Shown piece by piece: positions 1-15,709 of a stretch of DNA of 64,000 nt. The position numbers and the translations under genes are program-made. This stretch comes from Chrysomallon squamiferum (lineage: Eukaryota > Animalia > Mollusca), in contig CM022674.1 of the NCBI GenBank assembly GCA_012295275.1, positions 2,852,001 to 2,916,000 of the forward strand. The letters run 5' to 3'. Within the stretch, counting starts at the first letter, position 1. Each line of letters opens with the position of its first letter. The notes under the pieces are model-generated. The model ran no database searches, was not told where the DNA came from, and saw only the letters and a list, made by a program, of their open reading frames with translations.

Positions 1-228
1 TTGTGTTGTCTTCGGAGGAAGTATCTGTCAAAGTGGTGACATAGTTTCCTAACGGCAGCCGTCAAAGAGAATCTCATATTTGAACTAGTTTCAAATAACA
101 GGCAAATCACTGCTCTAGAAACAGGACTATACAGAATATGTGCATGAAGGAAAGAAGGAAGGAAGGAAAGAAGAAAGGAATGAAAGAACGACTAATTTTT
201 CATTAATCAGCATCTCACATATTTTGGT

Positions 229-476
229 ATAAAATAAACAGATAGACAGACATATATAGATATAGAAAGAAAGACAGATAGATATAATCTATAGGTAGGT
301 AGTTAAGTAGGCAGACAGATATATATAGAGAAACAGGCAGATATATAGGTAGGTAGGCAGATAAGTAGGTAGATATATATATAAATGGATCGATAGATAT
401 ACAGATAAGTAGGTAGATATATATATAAATGGATCGATAGATATACAGACCCACAGACAAACATACAGATAGGTAA

Positions 477-515
<39 letters not shown>

Positions 516-545
516 AACAGAGAAACAGATACAGATACAGAAAAG
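229..545. repeat. Compound GATA/GACA/GA microsatellite containing a 44-bp tandem duplication
   Basis: agataagtaggtagatatatatataaatggatcgatagatatac occurs twice (about 359-402 and 403-446), followed by (GA)n. Confidence 0.85.
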
Positions 546-721
546 AAATCCAGACAGACTCATATACCTGATCTATAAACTGGTATATCTGTGTTTTTGT
601 GCATGTTTTATTTCTCGATGCTGTACTTAACCTCATTTCATGTATTTTTTTAAAGACATTTTCCCCCCTCTGCTAAACATTACAGTGAGGAAACAGCTTC
701 CAGAAAGACGGAGAGAGAGAG

Positions 722-754
<33 letters not shown>

Positions 755-1294
755 AGAGGTCTATAACATGTTATTTCAATTAAATACGCTTTCGACTACT
801 AAACATAATACATCGAACATTACACAGTTTATCTTACAGAAATAATGGCCTTAATTTTCTCAAAGCCCTAATATCCAATTACAAAAGAAAAAAAAGTAAG
901 AAAATGAACCGTGGAAGAGGTTTTAACTTCCTTACTTTGTCTCTTTCCAAATCACTGCGCCTAAAGGAACCATTGCAACTGGCCGTTAAGGTTGTCTATA
1001 ATGGATAGGTGCGCGTCCTATTGGCGGAAAATACACTGCTATTCAGTATCGATACCTAAGTACCCTTGCCTCGTCTGCATTCGCTGTTAATGTGTTTTCG
1101 AAACAAAAGCAATTACTTTGTGGGTGATTTTCTCGGCATCAATACACGGGGACTAAGATACTTGATATTGTTGCCGATGGCATTTTAATTAGGGTTATCT
1201 AGAACGTGTTCTTAACAACACAGCCAGCGATAATTATTCTGAACCCTGGCAAAGTTTCCTGCATTATCTTTTAAAGGATTAGTTACTAAAGTCG

Positions 1295-1484
<190 letters not shown>

Positions 1485-2242
1485 TTGCTTTCTCTTTATT
1501 TCTCTCTCTGTCTGTCTCTCTACCTGCTCCTGTTTATCTCAACATACACTTTCTCTTTCTATGTCCGTCTCTCTTTCAGTCTGTCTGTCTGTCTGTATGT
1601 CTTCTTACAGTTCCTTAGCTATTTACCATGTAAAAGTTTGGTTTTGTTTAGTGCGTGGGTTTGTCACTGGATTCTTTTCTACGCTTGAGATATAATTTTG
1701 TTTCTGCTGAAGAACATTTAACCGAACACTTTATTGCGTTCATTTCCTGTCTGACTTAGATCCTCACGGTTATATAACCGAGGAAATACGGTACCAAATA
1801 CACGAGCTTCAACCTGAAGATGACTTGATATATTTCGTCTACTGAAATTCCGATATTTTAATGCTCAGTGATGACAATACGCGAACGTTTGTGAACATGC
1901 GCTCCTAACTTAACGATCGAATTCCGGTATTACGATGCGGACGATATTAAAAGCATACTGCGCCGATATTGGGTTTGTGTCAGCCATCTTTAAGTGTTAT
2001 TTTAATGTCACCTTTGCTCCATTTATAACATTTCCAGGATATTTTTAAAACATTTATAGAGTGGTGTGCTGCAGACTGTAATAAACTGAATAGATAAAAT
2101 TGAGATCTGTTGTACGTTACGTACGTTCGATTCTGTAAATAAAGATAAACCGTCTTTTCGTTTTCTTTTTTTAATGTTCTGAATAATGAAATGGTCTAAA
2201 AGAAACTGCAGTTTAATAACTTTGTTTTAACACCAGCGTGCA

Positions 2243-2288
<46 letters not shown>

Positions 2289-3246
2289 CACACAAATATA
2301 AAGATGATTTATATAATGTATCAGGCAAAACCATTATTCTGATTTTTCTCTTTGTCAAAGAGAAGGTTTAAAAAAAAGAAAGAAAAGTAATATAAAATCG
2401 AGACAGTCTGGATGTTATAACCTAATTTACAGCATTACAAAAGGTTTCTGTCTTTTTTCCCATAAGTTATTTATTATTTTTATTATTTTATTTTTAAATA
2501 TTTTATTATTATTTGTCAGTATCTGTTTCAAACCTTTGTCGCTGCATTTAGACGAAGACAAATAACATCAACAGCAGAAAAAAAAGCCCCAAACATCAAC
2601 AACAACAACATCCAGAACAACAAAAACAACAGCAACAATAACAGCAACAATAATAATAACAACAAACAACAATAACAACAGGAGAAACTACACTAATAAT
2701 AAAAACAACAACTACAATAATAATAATAATAATAATAATAATAAACTGATTAAAAACTGATTAAAAAAAACAACAAAAAAAACAATGCGGTGAAAACGTC
2801 ACAGTTGGGTGTCATGTGACTCGAAACGCTAGACTTTCTCCTGCTTCACTGAAGTGTCAAATTGTCACACAAATCGATACCCGGTCCTGTGTCTGTAATC
2901 GCGTTCGCGACGTACAGTCTATTACATCTAGATAAAGCACGAAAATCCTGGTATTAGAGAGACTCCTAATAAAACTGCAAGAGAATCCATCGTGCGTGAC
3001 TGCTGCATGTCAAGACACTGAAAAATTATGGAAACAGAGGCAGGAGATGGGTTAAGTCTAGGATTAACACTAATCCCGAGATTTCATTGCGGGTCAGAAC
3101 GGGTTCGGACAGCGAATCAATTGCTTTCATCGATTCACGAAACTTGATGGAATTATAACGTGCTTGAAACTTTTAATTCACGCTTAATAAACTTTATTCT
3201 CCTTAAAATAAACACATAAACACGTAAATATTCTTTTATCGACTGC

Positions 3247-3319
<73 letters not shown>

Positions 3320-4073
3320 AGCTTCAGAACTAGATTTTGAATGTCTAAATGCACAGGAAAAGAAAATTAGTTTATACTGAACAATGTCGAAAAGATCCCT
3401 TTAGTGTTTTTTGTAGGTTAATCCGTATTAGTATCAGTTAACTGTAAATACGAATGTTTGTGTTAGTATTAATCGCAAAAATAAAATAAAATAATAATAA
3501 TAATATATACTTTAATATCTTCAACACTGACTATCAATAAAACATAAAAAAAAGATTCTGTGTTAAATGGCTTAGACTATTTTAGACTTAATGTACTGGA
3601 TTTGGCAGCGACGTTTCAAAGATCAGGCCCAGTTTATGACAAACCGTCATCACTGATGGTTTAAAATGATGGTTATTATACGTTGTACTCTATGTATTTT
3701 ACGTAAGGCCTTTCTTCTTTTTCTTTTAATGTTTCTTCTGTTTCCACTATTTCACAGAATTTTTTTTTGTTCGTTTTTTTTTTTTTTTTTTTTTTTTCAT
3801 TGCACTTCATTTCTTCTCTTTCTTTCCTTTGTTAATTTCCTTTTTCTCTCGTGTGTTTTTTTCCTCCCTAGTTCGGGCTGTGACGTAAAATCTATAGCCC
3901 GGAAACACCAGCTCGTACAGCAAATCCTTCTCGAAAAAACCAATTTCAGCAGCAACGGTTTATCAAAACAACACGTCATGGGTTTTTGTCCCTAATGGAA
4001 GACACATACAAAAAAAAACAACAACAAAAAAACACTTTGTTTTATTCTTTTATCATTATCTAATTATTATTAT

Positions 4074-4104
<31 letters not shown>

Positions 4105-4573
4105 GCTACTAACATTATCATTGTTGTCGTTGTTATTTACTTTATCTTCTTCTTTTCCTTCGTTCATTCGTCTTTTTTTTCATTCTTCCTTCACCTCCTG
4201 TTTCACGTTTTATTTCCCCGCTATAGTAAATCAAATGATAAAAGTAAAGTCGTTATCGATTCTCAATCTGTACCCGTCAATAAAACGCAGTTTTCTTCAC
4301 TTTAAGAGTTAAAATAAATATTTTCTTTTCACGACACTCACTTGTAATCAAATCTAATGATCTTGTTTTTTTTCTTCATGAAGCTTTGAGAACCCAGAAC
4401 GTGCCTCAAACTTTCTAATATATTCACTGTATTGTGGTTTGTATTTAAGATCATGAAACGGTATTGGAAATCCGAGGTAATTAAAACAAAACAGTTAAGA
4501 ATACGTTTTATGTTTTCATGTAGTATGACGTTGTCTTTGGTAATAACCCTGTTTTCCTAGATTTCGTGCTTTA

Positions 4574-4627
<54 letters not shown>

Positions 4628-6665
4628 CTGATATGTTCACATTAAATATATAGAGACAGATACTCAGATATACCGACATTAAGAGATATGAAATTATGAA
4701 AATAGATAGATAGACAGGTAGATAGATAGATACGTACATACATACATACATACATATACACATTCATACACACATATATGCACACCTACACAACACTTAC
4801 ATACACATATACATTCATACATTCATTAATTCACGCATACACACATCCACACAGAGAAAGACAGACAGACAGAAAAGCGGCATACAAACACGGACAAACC
4901 GACAGACAACAGAAAAGCCACAGCAATACACGAAAATATCAACATAACTGTTGATGCAATTCTGCGCAGTTCCGCGAATGACTGTCAGCATCATAAACGT
5001 CGGTGCGTGCTCGTTTACAAAGTGGAAAATCGGAGACATTACGGGAATTAATTTCGTCTTTGACCTGTGCTTCTGACTTACGCTGCACGACAAGGTTCAC
5101 GGCTGTCGTAAAAAACGTAGTTGATGACGTGTTGTTGTGTCCTTGAACGAGAGCGCAGCACAGATCCGGTCAACACGGAGTAAATTTAAATATTTAGTGC
5201 CCCAGATTAAAAGACCGTAGGTGATTGAAAATGTATGGAACTTGTTAATTGCTAAAGTCAACAGCAGACTCTAGTATTGATTGCTGGATCCGTCGCTCTT
5301 TGTGGTCGGTCAAAGATGTAAGATCGAGTTTTTCTTTGATTTCGTTTTCTTAGTTTGGCGTTCGACGTCTTCTTTCTGTGTGACCATCCAGTTTAGTCAC
5401 TAAAACTGTCCCTCTTTCCCTCGTTCTCTCCAACCATTCGTTTGTCTGTCTGTCTCTCTGGTAGTCTGTTTTCTGTACCATTGTCAGTAAAAAGTGTGTC
5501 AGTATTTTCCTTTATGTTATTCTGTAATCCAGAAATGCAAATACCAATTTATGCTTATGATCATATTATTTTTTCCTCCATTTTTTTCTTTCTTTTTCTT
5601 CTTCTTCTTCATCATCTTCTTCGCTCAGTTCTTTTCTTCCTCTTTGTTCTCCTTCTTTGTTCATCTATTCACTTTATCTTTTTCTACTTCGTTATTTTTT
5701 TCTTTCTTTCTAACTTTCATCATCATAATCATCATCATCTTTTTTCTCTTTGTTTTCTGCTATTCCATTTTCTGTCTCTTTATTCCTCTTCTTCTTCTTT
5801 TTTTTTTTACTTTCATCTGTCTTTTTTTTTTTCTTCCTTTAATCCTTCTTCTAATAACAAACAAATACTGCTTCATCGTTTCTTCCATTCGAAACGTCTG
5901 TTTGCGTTGAAGCAAAGCCCACCGTACACCACCGACCAGCCTCACACAGTCCCACTTAACTGGAAAGACACTCGGCTGTAATGTCTATCCTCTAGGTGCA
6001 AATTACTCTAGACAGAGCAGTGGAAAATCAAGCGCACGGGAGAGACGGGCTTGTCCCTTGTCGTTTCAGAATAATACGTGGTCGCTAAGAGGTCGAGCTG
6101 TTCAAGGCAATTACCGTGCATGTTTCATGTGTCCTGCCTCGTTTTGTATGTAATTAAATATACATTATATATATATAACTAACCGTATATCTTTGTTTCT
6201 TCATTCTGTTTTCTTCTTCATTCTTTTCTTTTCTGTCGATATTTATCTCAGTATGCCTGTTTCTTTGTTGTGTTTTTTTTTTAATATTTTTTTTTTTTTT
6301 TTTTTTTTTTTTGTTTTTTTCTTACTCAGTAAATTTCTATCTTCATCAGTCTGTCGTTATTTCTTCTTTTATCTGTCTGTCTGTCTGTCTATTATCATTC
6401 TATCCAATCATACATCTGGAGTCATACAGCAGTCATGCAATCGTCCATCTTTCTGGCTGTCTGACTGTCTGATCGTCATATAATGAGAACGAAGAGAAAA
6501 TGATTATAAATAATTCTGCAAAAAATAATACAGAGAGAGAAACAAGCATAGGCATAGGAAGAAGAAGAAGAAGAAGAAGAGAGAGAAAGAGAGGGAGAGA
6601 GCCACATATAGACAGACAGACAGATGGACGTACAGACATATAAATATATATATATATATACAAAT

Positions 6666-6898
<233 letters not shown>

Positions 6899-7363
6899 AC
6901 ATAGAGACAGAGAGAGATTCCTTAACACCCCCCAAAAAACCCATCACAGACAAAACGGCTTCCCTTCCAGACTCTACCTCTGACATCGTCTGTTCAGATT
7001 TCTGTGGACGGAAAGGTAACCGAGGCGAGACTAATCGCGTAGTGATGCCTCCTTGATACATTGACATGAATTAATTATTATTGATCCTGTTGCGCCAGTC
7101 TTTGAGTCGCTGCTCGACAGAGACATCATGTTTCTCCTGGTATTAAGTAAACTGTTTACATTCTTGTAACGCCATTGTGCGAAGGAAGCGTCATACACAA
7201 ACAGTAGTTTTGGGTTATGTTTTCCGGAGTTCTATTCTGTTTCGGTTGGTAATGCTGTTGTATAGTAGTGTTGTATTAGATATTACCTGTATATATTTTG
7301 TATCGCAACTTGTTTTTGCGGCTGTTAATATTTCTCTCCGTACTAATATTAGTTTCACTATTT

Positions 7364-7534
7364 CTACTGCTACTTTGCTACTACTATTACTATTACTACT
7401 ATTACTACTACTACTACTACTATTACTACTACCACTATTACTACTATTACTGCTACTACTATTACTACTACTACTACTGCTGCTACTACTACTACTACTA
7501 CTAATGTTACTGCTACTTCTACTACTAATAATGT

Positions 7535-7571
<37 letters not shown>

Positions 7572-7680
7572 GCTACTACTATTACTTCTATTACTGATAC
7601 TACTACTACTATTACTACTACTACTTCTACTACCACTGTTACTACTATTACTGCTACTACTACTGTTACAGCTACTACAA
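7364..7680. repeat. Imperfect (TAC)n trinucleotide array
   Basis: Directly visible. It produces the poly-L/S/Y/V ORFs in the track. Confidence 0.95.
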
Positions 7681-8255
7681 ATATCACTATTTCCTCTCTC
7701 ATTATCGGCATCATCAACATTATCATGATCACAGTCATCGTTAGATATAAAATATGATATGGAGTGTATATCAGATAATATGAACTGATGTCGCTTATAA
7801 ATAGCAATCCGGGCATGAAGATCACACATCGCTTAATACATTAACTGAATCATTTATTTATGATTGCTGTCAAAAGTGTGTGAAGAGGCTAAATATGTAA
7901 AAAAAAAAAAAAAAAATAATAATAATAATAATAATTTTTAAAATTGAAAATAACAACAATACAACAAACAAAGATAAAAACAGCAATCAATAAAAAGAAG
8001 AAAAAAAACCAACCTCAGAAACAAACAAAAAGAATGTAGACCACAATTTACGAAATCTGTTTTCGTTTTTTTGAGAATATTCTTACAGCAGTTCCTCAGA
8101 GTGACAAACAAATAGAGGGGTAAGTATTGTAGAATTCCGATACATATCAAACTGTTTTACAATGATAACATATATTTGATATATTGTCATTTTGATGCTG
8201 TAACATAAAATATTTTATGTACTACCTTTGCTTCAGCTTGTCTGAAGGAAGAATC

Positions 8256-8320
<65 letters not shown>

Positions 8321-9262
8321 GGAAAAAAAGAAAAAAAAAAAAAGATTATTAATGAAGTTCAATCGTTACCATCACTAAATGATTTCAAAGAAACAAAATA
8401 AAAAAAATATTTGGTCGTGTTTCTCTAGATATCTCAGTTAAAATATACATGTCAAAACCCAAAATATGATTAATAATAATAATAATAATGATGATGATAA
8501 TAATAATAATAACAAATAAATACAAAATTTAGTACAAACTGTTAAAAAAATAAGAAACAACTAACCACGTAAATAAATGAATTTAAGGAGAAAAAAAAGA
8601 TGAAAACGCTGATATTAAATTTTAACGAAAACACGTTCTTCATTAATATCGTGTGTGTCACCGTGTCAGACAAAATCAATCTGATCAAAATATAAACTTT
8701 GTTTTCGTGACTGGCGGCTGGCACCAACCGGAAATGCTTTCACGGCGTCATACTGCGCATGTCGATATAACCGATGCATTATGGTAAACTCGTATTTATG
8801 TAATTAATTGACAGGATGTGGATAAAAGCGACTTGTCACGTAGGTTTTGGAGAAATATCGGTTTTCTAGATTAAAGTATGAAATATACTTTACACTACAA
8901 TTATGCAGATGTTTGTGAATTTGTTAGGTCGTCAACAGAGTCGTTCAGTAAATAATATGAATGTTTCTAACATCAAACATCCATTTATTCATATAAATAA
9001 ATTTTTGAAACCAAAATAAATAATTAAACATTAAAATGTGTAATTAGTTAATATATTCAGAGGAACAAACGTCAACACTTATTACTACCACTACTAATAT
9101 TACTGCTACACTACCACGTCCGCTACTACTACTACTACTACTACTACTATCACCACTACTACTACTACTACATTAGTAATTCTGCTAATTCTGTTATTTC
9201 GGTTGCTGCTGCTACTATTGGTACTACTAGTTCTATTACTACTACTACTACAACTACTAATA

Positions 9263-9364
<102 letters not shown>

Positions 9365-9823
9365 GCACACACGCACGCACTCACACAAAACATACTCTAA
9401 ACACGAATAACAATATTCATTTCTCCCTACATCTCCAACTACCGCGCTTATGACGTCATTTACCCTCATAGCCATAGAGTATTGTTACTTTAACAAGCTT
9501 ATCATCATCAGCAGTCATTTGTTTCATTTACTGTTTCGTTAATGATTATAAATGTTTCGTTACAACCAGTCGCGAATGTGTGTGTACGCCTTTAGAGAGC
9601 GATCGCTAGTTGACGCAGTTTCAATTGCTCACCCGAAAACGACAGAATCTCCAGTGTCATGTGTCACATATACAACCCGTGGGGCAAAGTCTATTAGGAA
9701 AAAAGACCCGTGGGTAGTTTTGTTACAGGAAGTTTCCGCAGATGATGAAAAAGCTCTTGTGATAGGTAGATTTCTTGCTGAAGGCTTTGATTAAAACAAA
9801 ACTCTGTATAAAACCAGTTATTG

Positions 9824-9856
<33 letters not shown>

Positions 9857-9984
9857 TGCTAACTGAACTTGTTTGGTTAGGCAAGCTGTTGTATGAAAAA
9901 GAATCGTTTTGAAATTGATTTCGAAACAATGTAATTTGTTATATTAAAAAAACAAAAACAAAAAAAAACAAGAAAAGAAAACAT

Positions 9985-10033
<49 letters not shown>

Positions 10034-10349
10034 CGAAAAGTTACAGGTATGTTTGTATGGATAAATGTATGTGTGCATGTATGTTTGCATGTATATGTAT
10101 ACACATGCGCACACCAACCAACACACACCCACCAAAACGCACACACGTATATGTACATATACATACATGCAGGCATGTATGTGTGTGTGTGTGTGTGTAC
10201 GTGTGTACGTGTGTTTGTGTGTGTCTGTATACAGCTAGCAGTATTTTTTTACCTATGTTATATGGACAGAGTTACATTTGGAAGCATCTTTAGTACATCT
10301 ACATTTAAATAAATGATTATTATTGATAATTTATATATATATATTTTTT

Positions 10350-10397
<48 letters not shown>

Positions 10398-11149
10398 TTG
10401 AACCCAGTTGTTTTACAGTGCTAGAGTAAATTATTTACTCACTTATTGATTTATTCGAGGTCTTTTTGTTTCGTAATTCAATTCGTTGTGAACAAGGAGA
10501 TACGAACCTGTTCATATTAAACGTACATTTTTGTGTTTTTTTTTTTATCTAAGCGAGTTTTTCATCAACCGGTTTTCAGTAACATTTTGACTGCAAGCTG
10601 TATTTCACTGCATCATAGTCTGAAGGTGTTCTTCTGTGTTTTATTTTGTTGTTTTGTTTTTCACCTGTTGCGTATCCTTGTTTACTGTCAACAGCCAACA
10701 AATAACAGGATATAACAGTTCTGCGCAAAGAGAGTTTCAACGTTTTCTGGTAGACTGGGCGCCCAACTACGTTTTAAAAAAAACTCGTTTGAAAGGATGC
10801 GTGTTTTCTGAAACTGAAATTTTATCGATTTTGTTTTATTTAATATTTTATTATTTTATTATTATTATTATTATTATTTTTTTTTTTATCCTTTTGCAAT
10901 GATTACACGGTTGAACACGGCTTGTTAAATCTTCTGTGGTGTCTGGTGTATGATAATGTTAGTTCATAATTCATTTAACAGTCTTTGTGGTACATAATAC
11001 TCTACATACAAATATAACAAAGACAGAGGGAAGTATAAGCGTTATTTGCTAGTGCACTATGGATTACTGGTAATTATTTCTTTCTTTCTTTTCTTTTTTT
11101 TTTTTTTCTTTTCTTTATTAATTATTAATTATTATTATTTATTTATTTA

Positions 11150-11198
<49 letters not shown>

Positions 11199-11319
11199 AT
11201 ATTATTATCAATATATTACTTTGTATTATATTATTTTGTATTAGCTAACAGTCAATAAATTATGTTTACTTTGCATTGTACTGCATTGCATTACGCTGCA
11301 TTATATTTCATCGTCATAC

Positions 11320-11592
11320 ATTATATTATATTATTTTATACTGTGTTATGTTATATTATTTCATATTGAACCAGGTTCTATTATGTTTTAATATCATACT
11401 ATATTACATCATATTATATTATATTATATTATATTATATTATATTATATTAAACCAAATTCTATGTTATGTTTTAATATTATACTACATTACACCATATT
11501 ATATTATACTATATTATATTATATTATATTATATTATATTATATTATATTATATTATATTATATTATATTATATTATATTATATTATATTAC
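11320..11592. repeat. (ATATT)n pentanucleotide array with an internal duplication
   Basis: Directly visible. The segment aacca..ttcta..tatgttttaatat occurs twice (about 11369 and 11452). Confidence 0.9.
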
Positions 11593-12641
11593 ACTATAGT
11601 ATAGCATAAGCGGTATTAATTATTAAATTTAAGTGCAAGGTAAGTACAGATCAATACAGGGGAAGCTGTGTATTCATCCAAGGCAACGTAATCATTTCAA
11701 AACCTGCACCGATTTACGAATAACTATTCTGTCGTCCGTAACTAGACATAGTGGCAGGTGGAAGGAGAAAACAATAGCTACAAAAAAATAACAACAAACA
11801 ACAACAACAACCGCCTTCGGGTCATGTTTTTTAATCAGTTTAATAAGTTAGCATCTGCTGTTCCTTTCTGAATCGATACCCGTTTAGTATCGATCACGGA
11901 TCACGTATTACAACACGTTTTCACGTATGAAAATCCAAGCAACGTCAAACGAAGTTGTACAAGCTTGTTGCAGGGCATATCATTACTACATAACAGATTC
12001 TGTAGACAGTAATATTAATAATAATAAGAAGAAGAAGAAAAAGAAAAACCCTCTTTTAGATTCCGTTTTACATCAAGCATTTATATGAGAAAAGCTTATA
12101 TGGTGGAAATTCACATTTTAATATAGACTGGTTGCATCAGATTTAATATTTATACTGTGCTATGCTGTGATATGTTATGCTATTAGTCTGTGTTATTTCT
12201 ATTATTTTGTGTTGTAATGTTGCTATACTGCGCTGTACCACGTAATACTACACTAATCTGTATTTCACAACATCATACTATGCCATATAACACTACACTA
12301 CATTGCAATATATTATTATTATACTATACTAAACTACACTAAACTATACACTGCACTATGATAAAATAAACTACACTTTAGAACACTATAACTATACAAA
12401 GGTATACAAATCAGAACTGTATTGTAGTATTCTTCATTACCTAGAACTGCTCGGTTCTTTACTCTGCTATACTATACTATACTGCGTAAGCACTGTACTG
12501 TACTGTGTAATATCATATTATATATTGCATGTGTTATTTTAATATTATATACGATATAATCATACATGACTGTTTATTATATTATATATTTGCAGGTATC
12601 TGGAAAACAATGTACGATGCGTGTCCAAGGAAATCGTGATC

Positions 12642-13691
12642 ATGTCGGGACTTAAGGACTTCTCCAACTGGTACTCGGGTTACCATGGCTACGTCAGCCT
12701 GTGCGTCTGCTTCTCGGGCATAATCACCAACATCTTCAACATGACGGTGCTGAGCCGCAAGCACATGCGCACGCCCGTCAACCAGATCCTCATCGGCCTG
12801 GCGTTCTCCGACGTCATCACGATGATGTCGTACGTGCCTTTCGCCATCCACTTCTACGTCAGCTACCCGCTGAACCGCAGCAGCCCGGAGAAGAACAGCT
12901 ACGCGTGGATGACGTTCCTCCTCTTCCACATCAACCTCACCACCGTCACGCACACGACGTCGATATGGCTGTGCGTCATCCTGTCGATCATCCGGCACCT
13001 GCACGTGAAGGCGCCCTCGCAGGTGAACGTCGTCCGCGAGCGCAGGATACGCCAGGCGAAGTACCTCGTCTTCGTCGCCTTCGTCGGGGCCGTCGTCGGC
13101 ATGATTCCCAACTACCTGACGAACGAGCTGCGATCGGTGAACAACGGAACGATCCACGTGTTGAAGAACATGCGCCTCGCGTCCAACGACACCGATCCTC
13201 TGGTTCTGACGAACCTCTGGCTGTACGCTCTCGTAGCGAAACTCGTCCCCTGTCTCCTCATCTCCATATTCGGCAGTCTGCTGCTCTACCAGCTGCACGT
13301 GAAGGTCCAGCAGAGGAAACAGTTCCTGAACGTTTCGGGCACAAGCTCGCGCCGTCTTCAAGAACACTCCCGAACCACGAAGATGCTCATTTCGGTCATC
13401 GTGCTGTTCTTAGTCACGGAGCTGCCGCAAGGCATCATGGTCGTGCTGAGCGCCACCGTGAAGAACTTCTTCGACACGATCTATCGCCCTTTGGGAGACA
13501 TCTTCGACATAGTTGCCTTGATAAACAATGCGGTGAACTTCGTCCTGTACTGCTCGATGAGCACGAAGTTTCGCCAGACGTTCATTAACCAGTATTTCAA
13601 GTGCGGCCGAGTGAAACCGGACGAGAACGGTTACACCTTAAGTGCTGTTCGGGAAAAGACGGATTCGCTTAGTAACAATAACCAGGTGTGA
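12642..13691 (+). CDS. Class A peptide GPCR, myosuppressin-receptor (DmsR)/FMRFamide/sex-peptide-receptor-like, about 349 aa, all 7 TM in one exon
   Basis: Seven hydrophobic segments. Family motifs: VLSRKHMRTPVNQILIGLAFSD, TSIWLCVILSIIRH (DRY position = IRH), RTTKMLISVIVLFLVTELPQG, LGDIFDIVALINNAVNFVLYCSMSTKFRQTF. GC-rich codons against AT-rich flanks. Acceptor tttgcag ends at 12595 and the frame is open from 12597, so a small upstream coding exon is possible. First in-frame ATG is 12642. Confidence 0.9.
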   Translation: MSGLKDFSNWYSGYHGYVSLCVCFSGIITNIFNMTVLSRKHMRTPVNQILIGLAFSDVITMMSYVPFAIHFYVSYPLNRSSPEKNSYAWMTFLLFHINLTTVTHTTSIWLCVILSIIRHLHVKAPSQVNVVRERRIRQAKYLVFVAFVGAVVGMIPNYLTNELRSVNNGTIHVLKNMRLASNDTDPLVLTNLWLYALVAKLVPCLLISIFGSLLLYQLHVKVQQRKQFLNVSGTSSRRLQEHSRTTKMLISVIVLFLVTELPQGIMVVLSATVKNFFDTIYRPLGDIFDIVALINNAVNFVLYCSMSTKFRQTFINQYFKCGRVKPDENGYTLSAVREKTDSLSNNNQV

Positions 13692-14858
13692 AGTCGTTTG
13701 AAAATTCGGATGGAATAGAAACGAAACGCAAATAGGTGTCGAGAGAGAGAGACTTCGTAAAAACAACCAAAACCAGACGCGAATCTGTATATAAAAAAAA
13801 AATATATAAAAAAAAATATAAAAAATTAAAATTCGTGCTGGAGTATTATACGAAACGCAATACACGAAAAAAAAAAGAGTCGTATTATTTCAGTAATAAG
13901 AATAAAAGAGAACTGTTTGTAAGAAAGTAAATACGAAATGACCTGTGTATATTTTCATATTTGTAACTGAGGAAATTAGAACGAAATGCCTTACGTTTAT
14001 TTATTAGCAAAGGTACTGCATAATTCAATGTCAATTCGTAAAACATCATACGACATACTGTCAGTCTCTATACATCCAGGAATAAATGTGAAAAATTTAT
14101 AATGGTTCAGATAACATCAAAGGCCTTGCACGTATGTCTAAACTTATATTAAAATAATGTGAAATACGTGCTGTATGTAGGTATATAAATAACCGAACAA
14201 AAACAATAAGACATTTACACCTGCAAATAATTAGATAACATATAAAGTGAATGCGAAATAATTTATGTTAATAAATTAAAACAAAACGCATAATTACTGA
14301 TTTTTTTAAACAAAAATTATGAAGCACCATAAATGTTAAATATGAAGTAAGGAATAAATATACACACATATATACACATGCACAATTAGTAATTTTTTTT
14401 TCTTAATTTTAAGGAACATCTACCACACAGTTTATCTATTTATTTATTTATTTATTTATTTACCTACTTACTTATTTACTTATACATTTGTTTATTTATC
14501 ATTTGTGAAATCAAGATGAAATTGTACGTGCGTGTGTGTATCTGGGTGTGTAAATGTTTACACATATCTCCAAGTGAAGTGTATAATTATTTTTAGTGTA
14601 CTATGTACTAAAAGTTTAACATATTTAAATGTACATCTTACGATGTTTGTCGCTTTATTTTTTTATACGATTTTTTAAGGAGAGTTCTTTTGTTTTAATT
14701 TGTTTATTTTGTTATTTACCTGTTAAATATAGCAGAGCATTTTTTGTTGTTGTTTACCTATTTTTATGTTGTTTGTTTATAATTATTATTATTATTATTT
14801 ATTATTAGTAGTAGAATTTTATTATTATTATTATAGAAACTATTTTTAATATTATTAT

Positions 14859-14925
<67 letters not shown>

Positions 14926-14929
14926 TTTA

Positions 14930-14974
<45 letters not shown>

Positions 14975-15583
14975 GTTTGTTTACTTGTATACTACATGTA
15001 ACGGGTACGTTTTATTTTAAAGTCTAAATAAACAAGGAAAATGTAAATAAATATTATTTTTGTTATATTTAATTATTAATGTGTTTATTGTCTTAACCGT
15101 TTTATTTTATTATCTATATATTGGATAAAAAGAATAGAAATAGTAAAAATAAAGTTACTAAAATAACTATGAGTCTTATGGTGTGATGATGATGATGATG
15201 ATGATAATAATCATAATAATGCTACTACTACTAATAATAATAGCAACAACAACATCAATAACAACAACAACAATTATAAAAAAAAGAAACATACAAGCAT
15301 GCACGCACGCACGCACACATGCACATGGAGATACATATATAAACTCTAACACACACGCAGAAACTTTATTACACATAAAGTTTACAAACCTGGATTACAA
15401 TACCATAAAAATTGTAATCCGCTGTGACGTTTGATTTTCTGTGACGTCATACCATTGTTGACGTCATCTAAGTTAAACACCCCTAAAAAAAACATGCACT
15501 AGTAATTAGCGACTTCACAAAAAACATCTGTTGATTAACGTATATCTTATTTCGAAGGTAAGATTCTTGTTTATTAATACTGG

Positions 15584-15709
<126 letters not shown>

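Noticed and set aside
1762-1783. Short palindrome cggttatataaccg
   Set aside because: A single 14-bp AT-centred palindrome is expected by chance in 64 kb.
8259-8342. Long poly(A) tract as a retrocopy tail (also 722-752 and 47517-47549)
   Set aside because: No upstream retroelement or processed-gene body and no target-site duplication recognised.
12582-13588. Long overlapping ORFs (261 aa minus, 295 aa plus) over the GPCR
   Set aside because: Shadow ORFs expected from GC3-rich coding sequence with few stops; no recognisable motifs.
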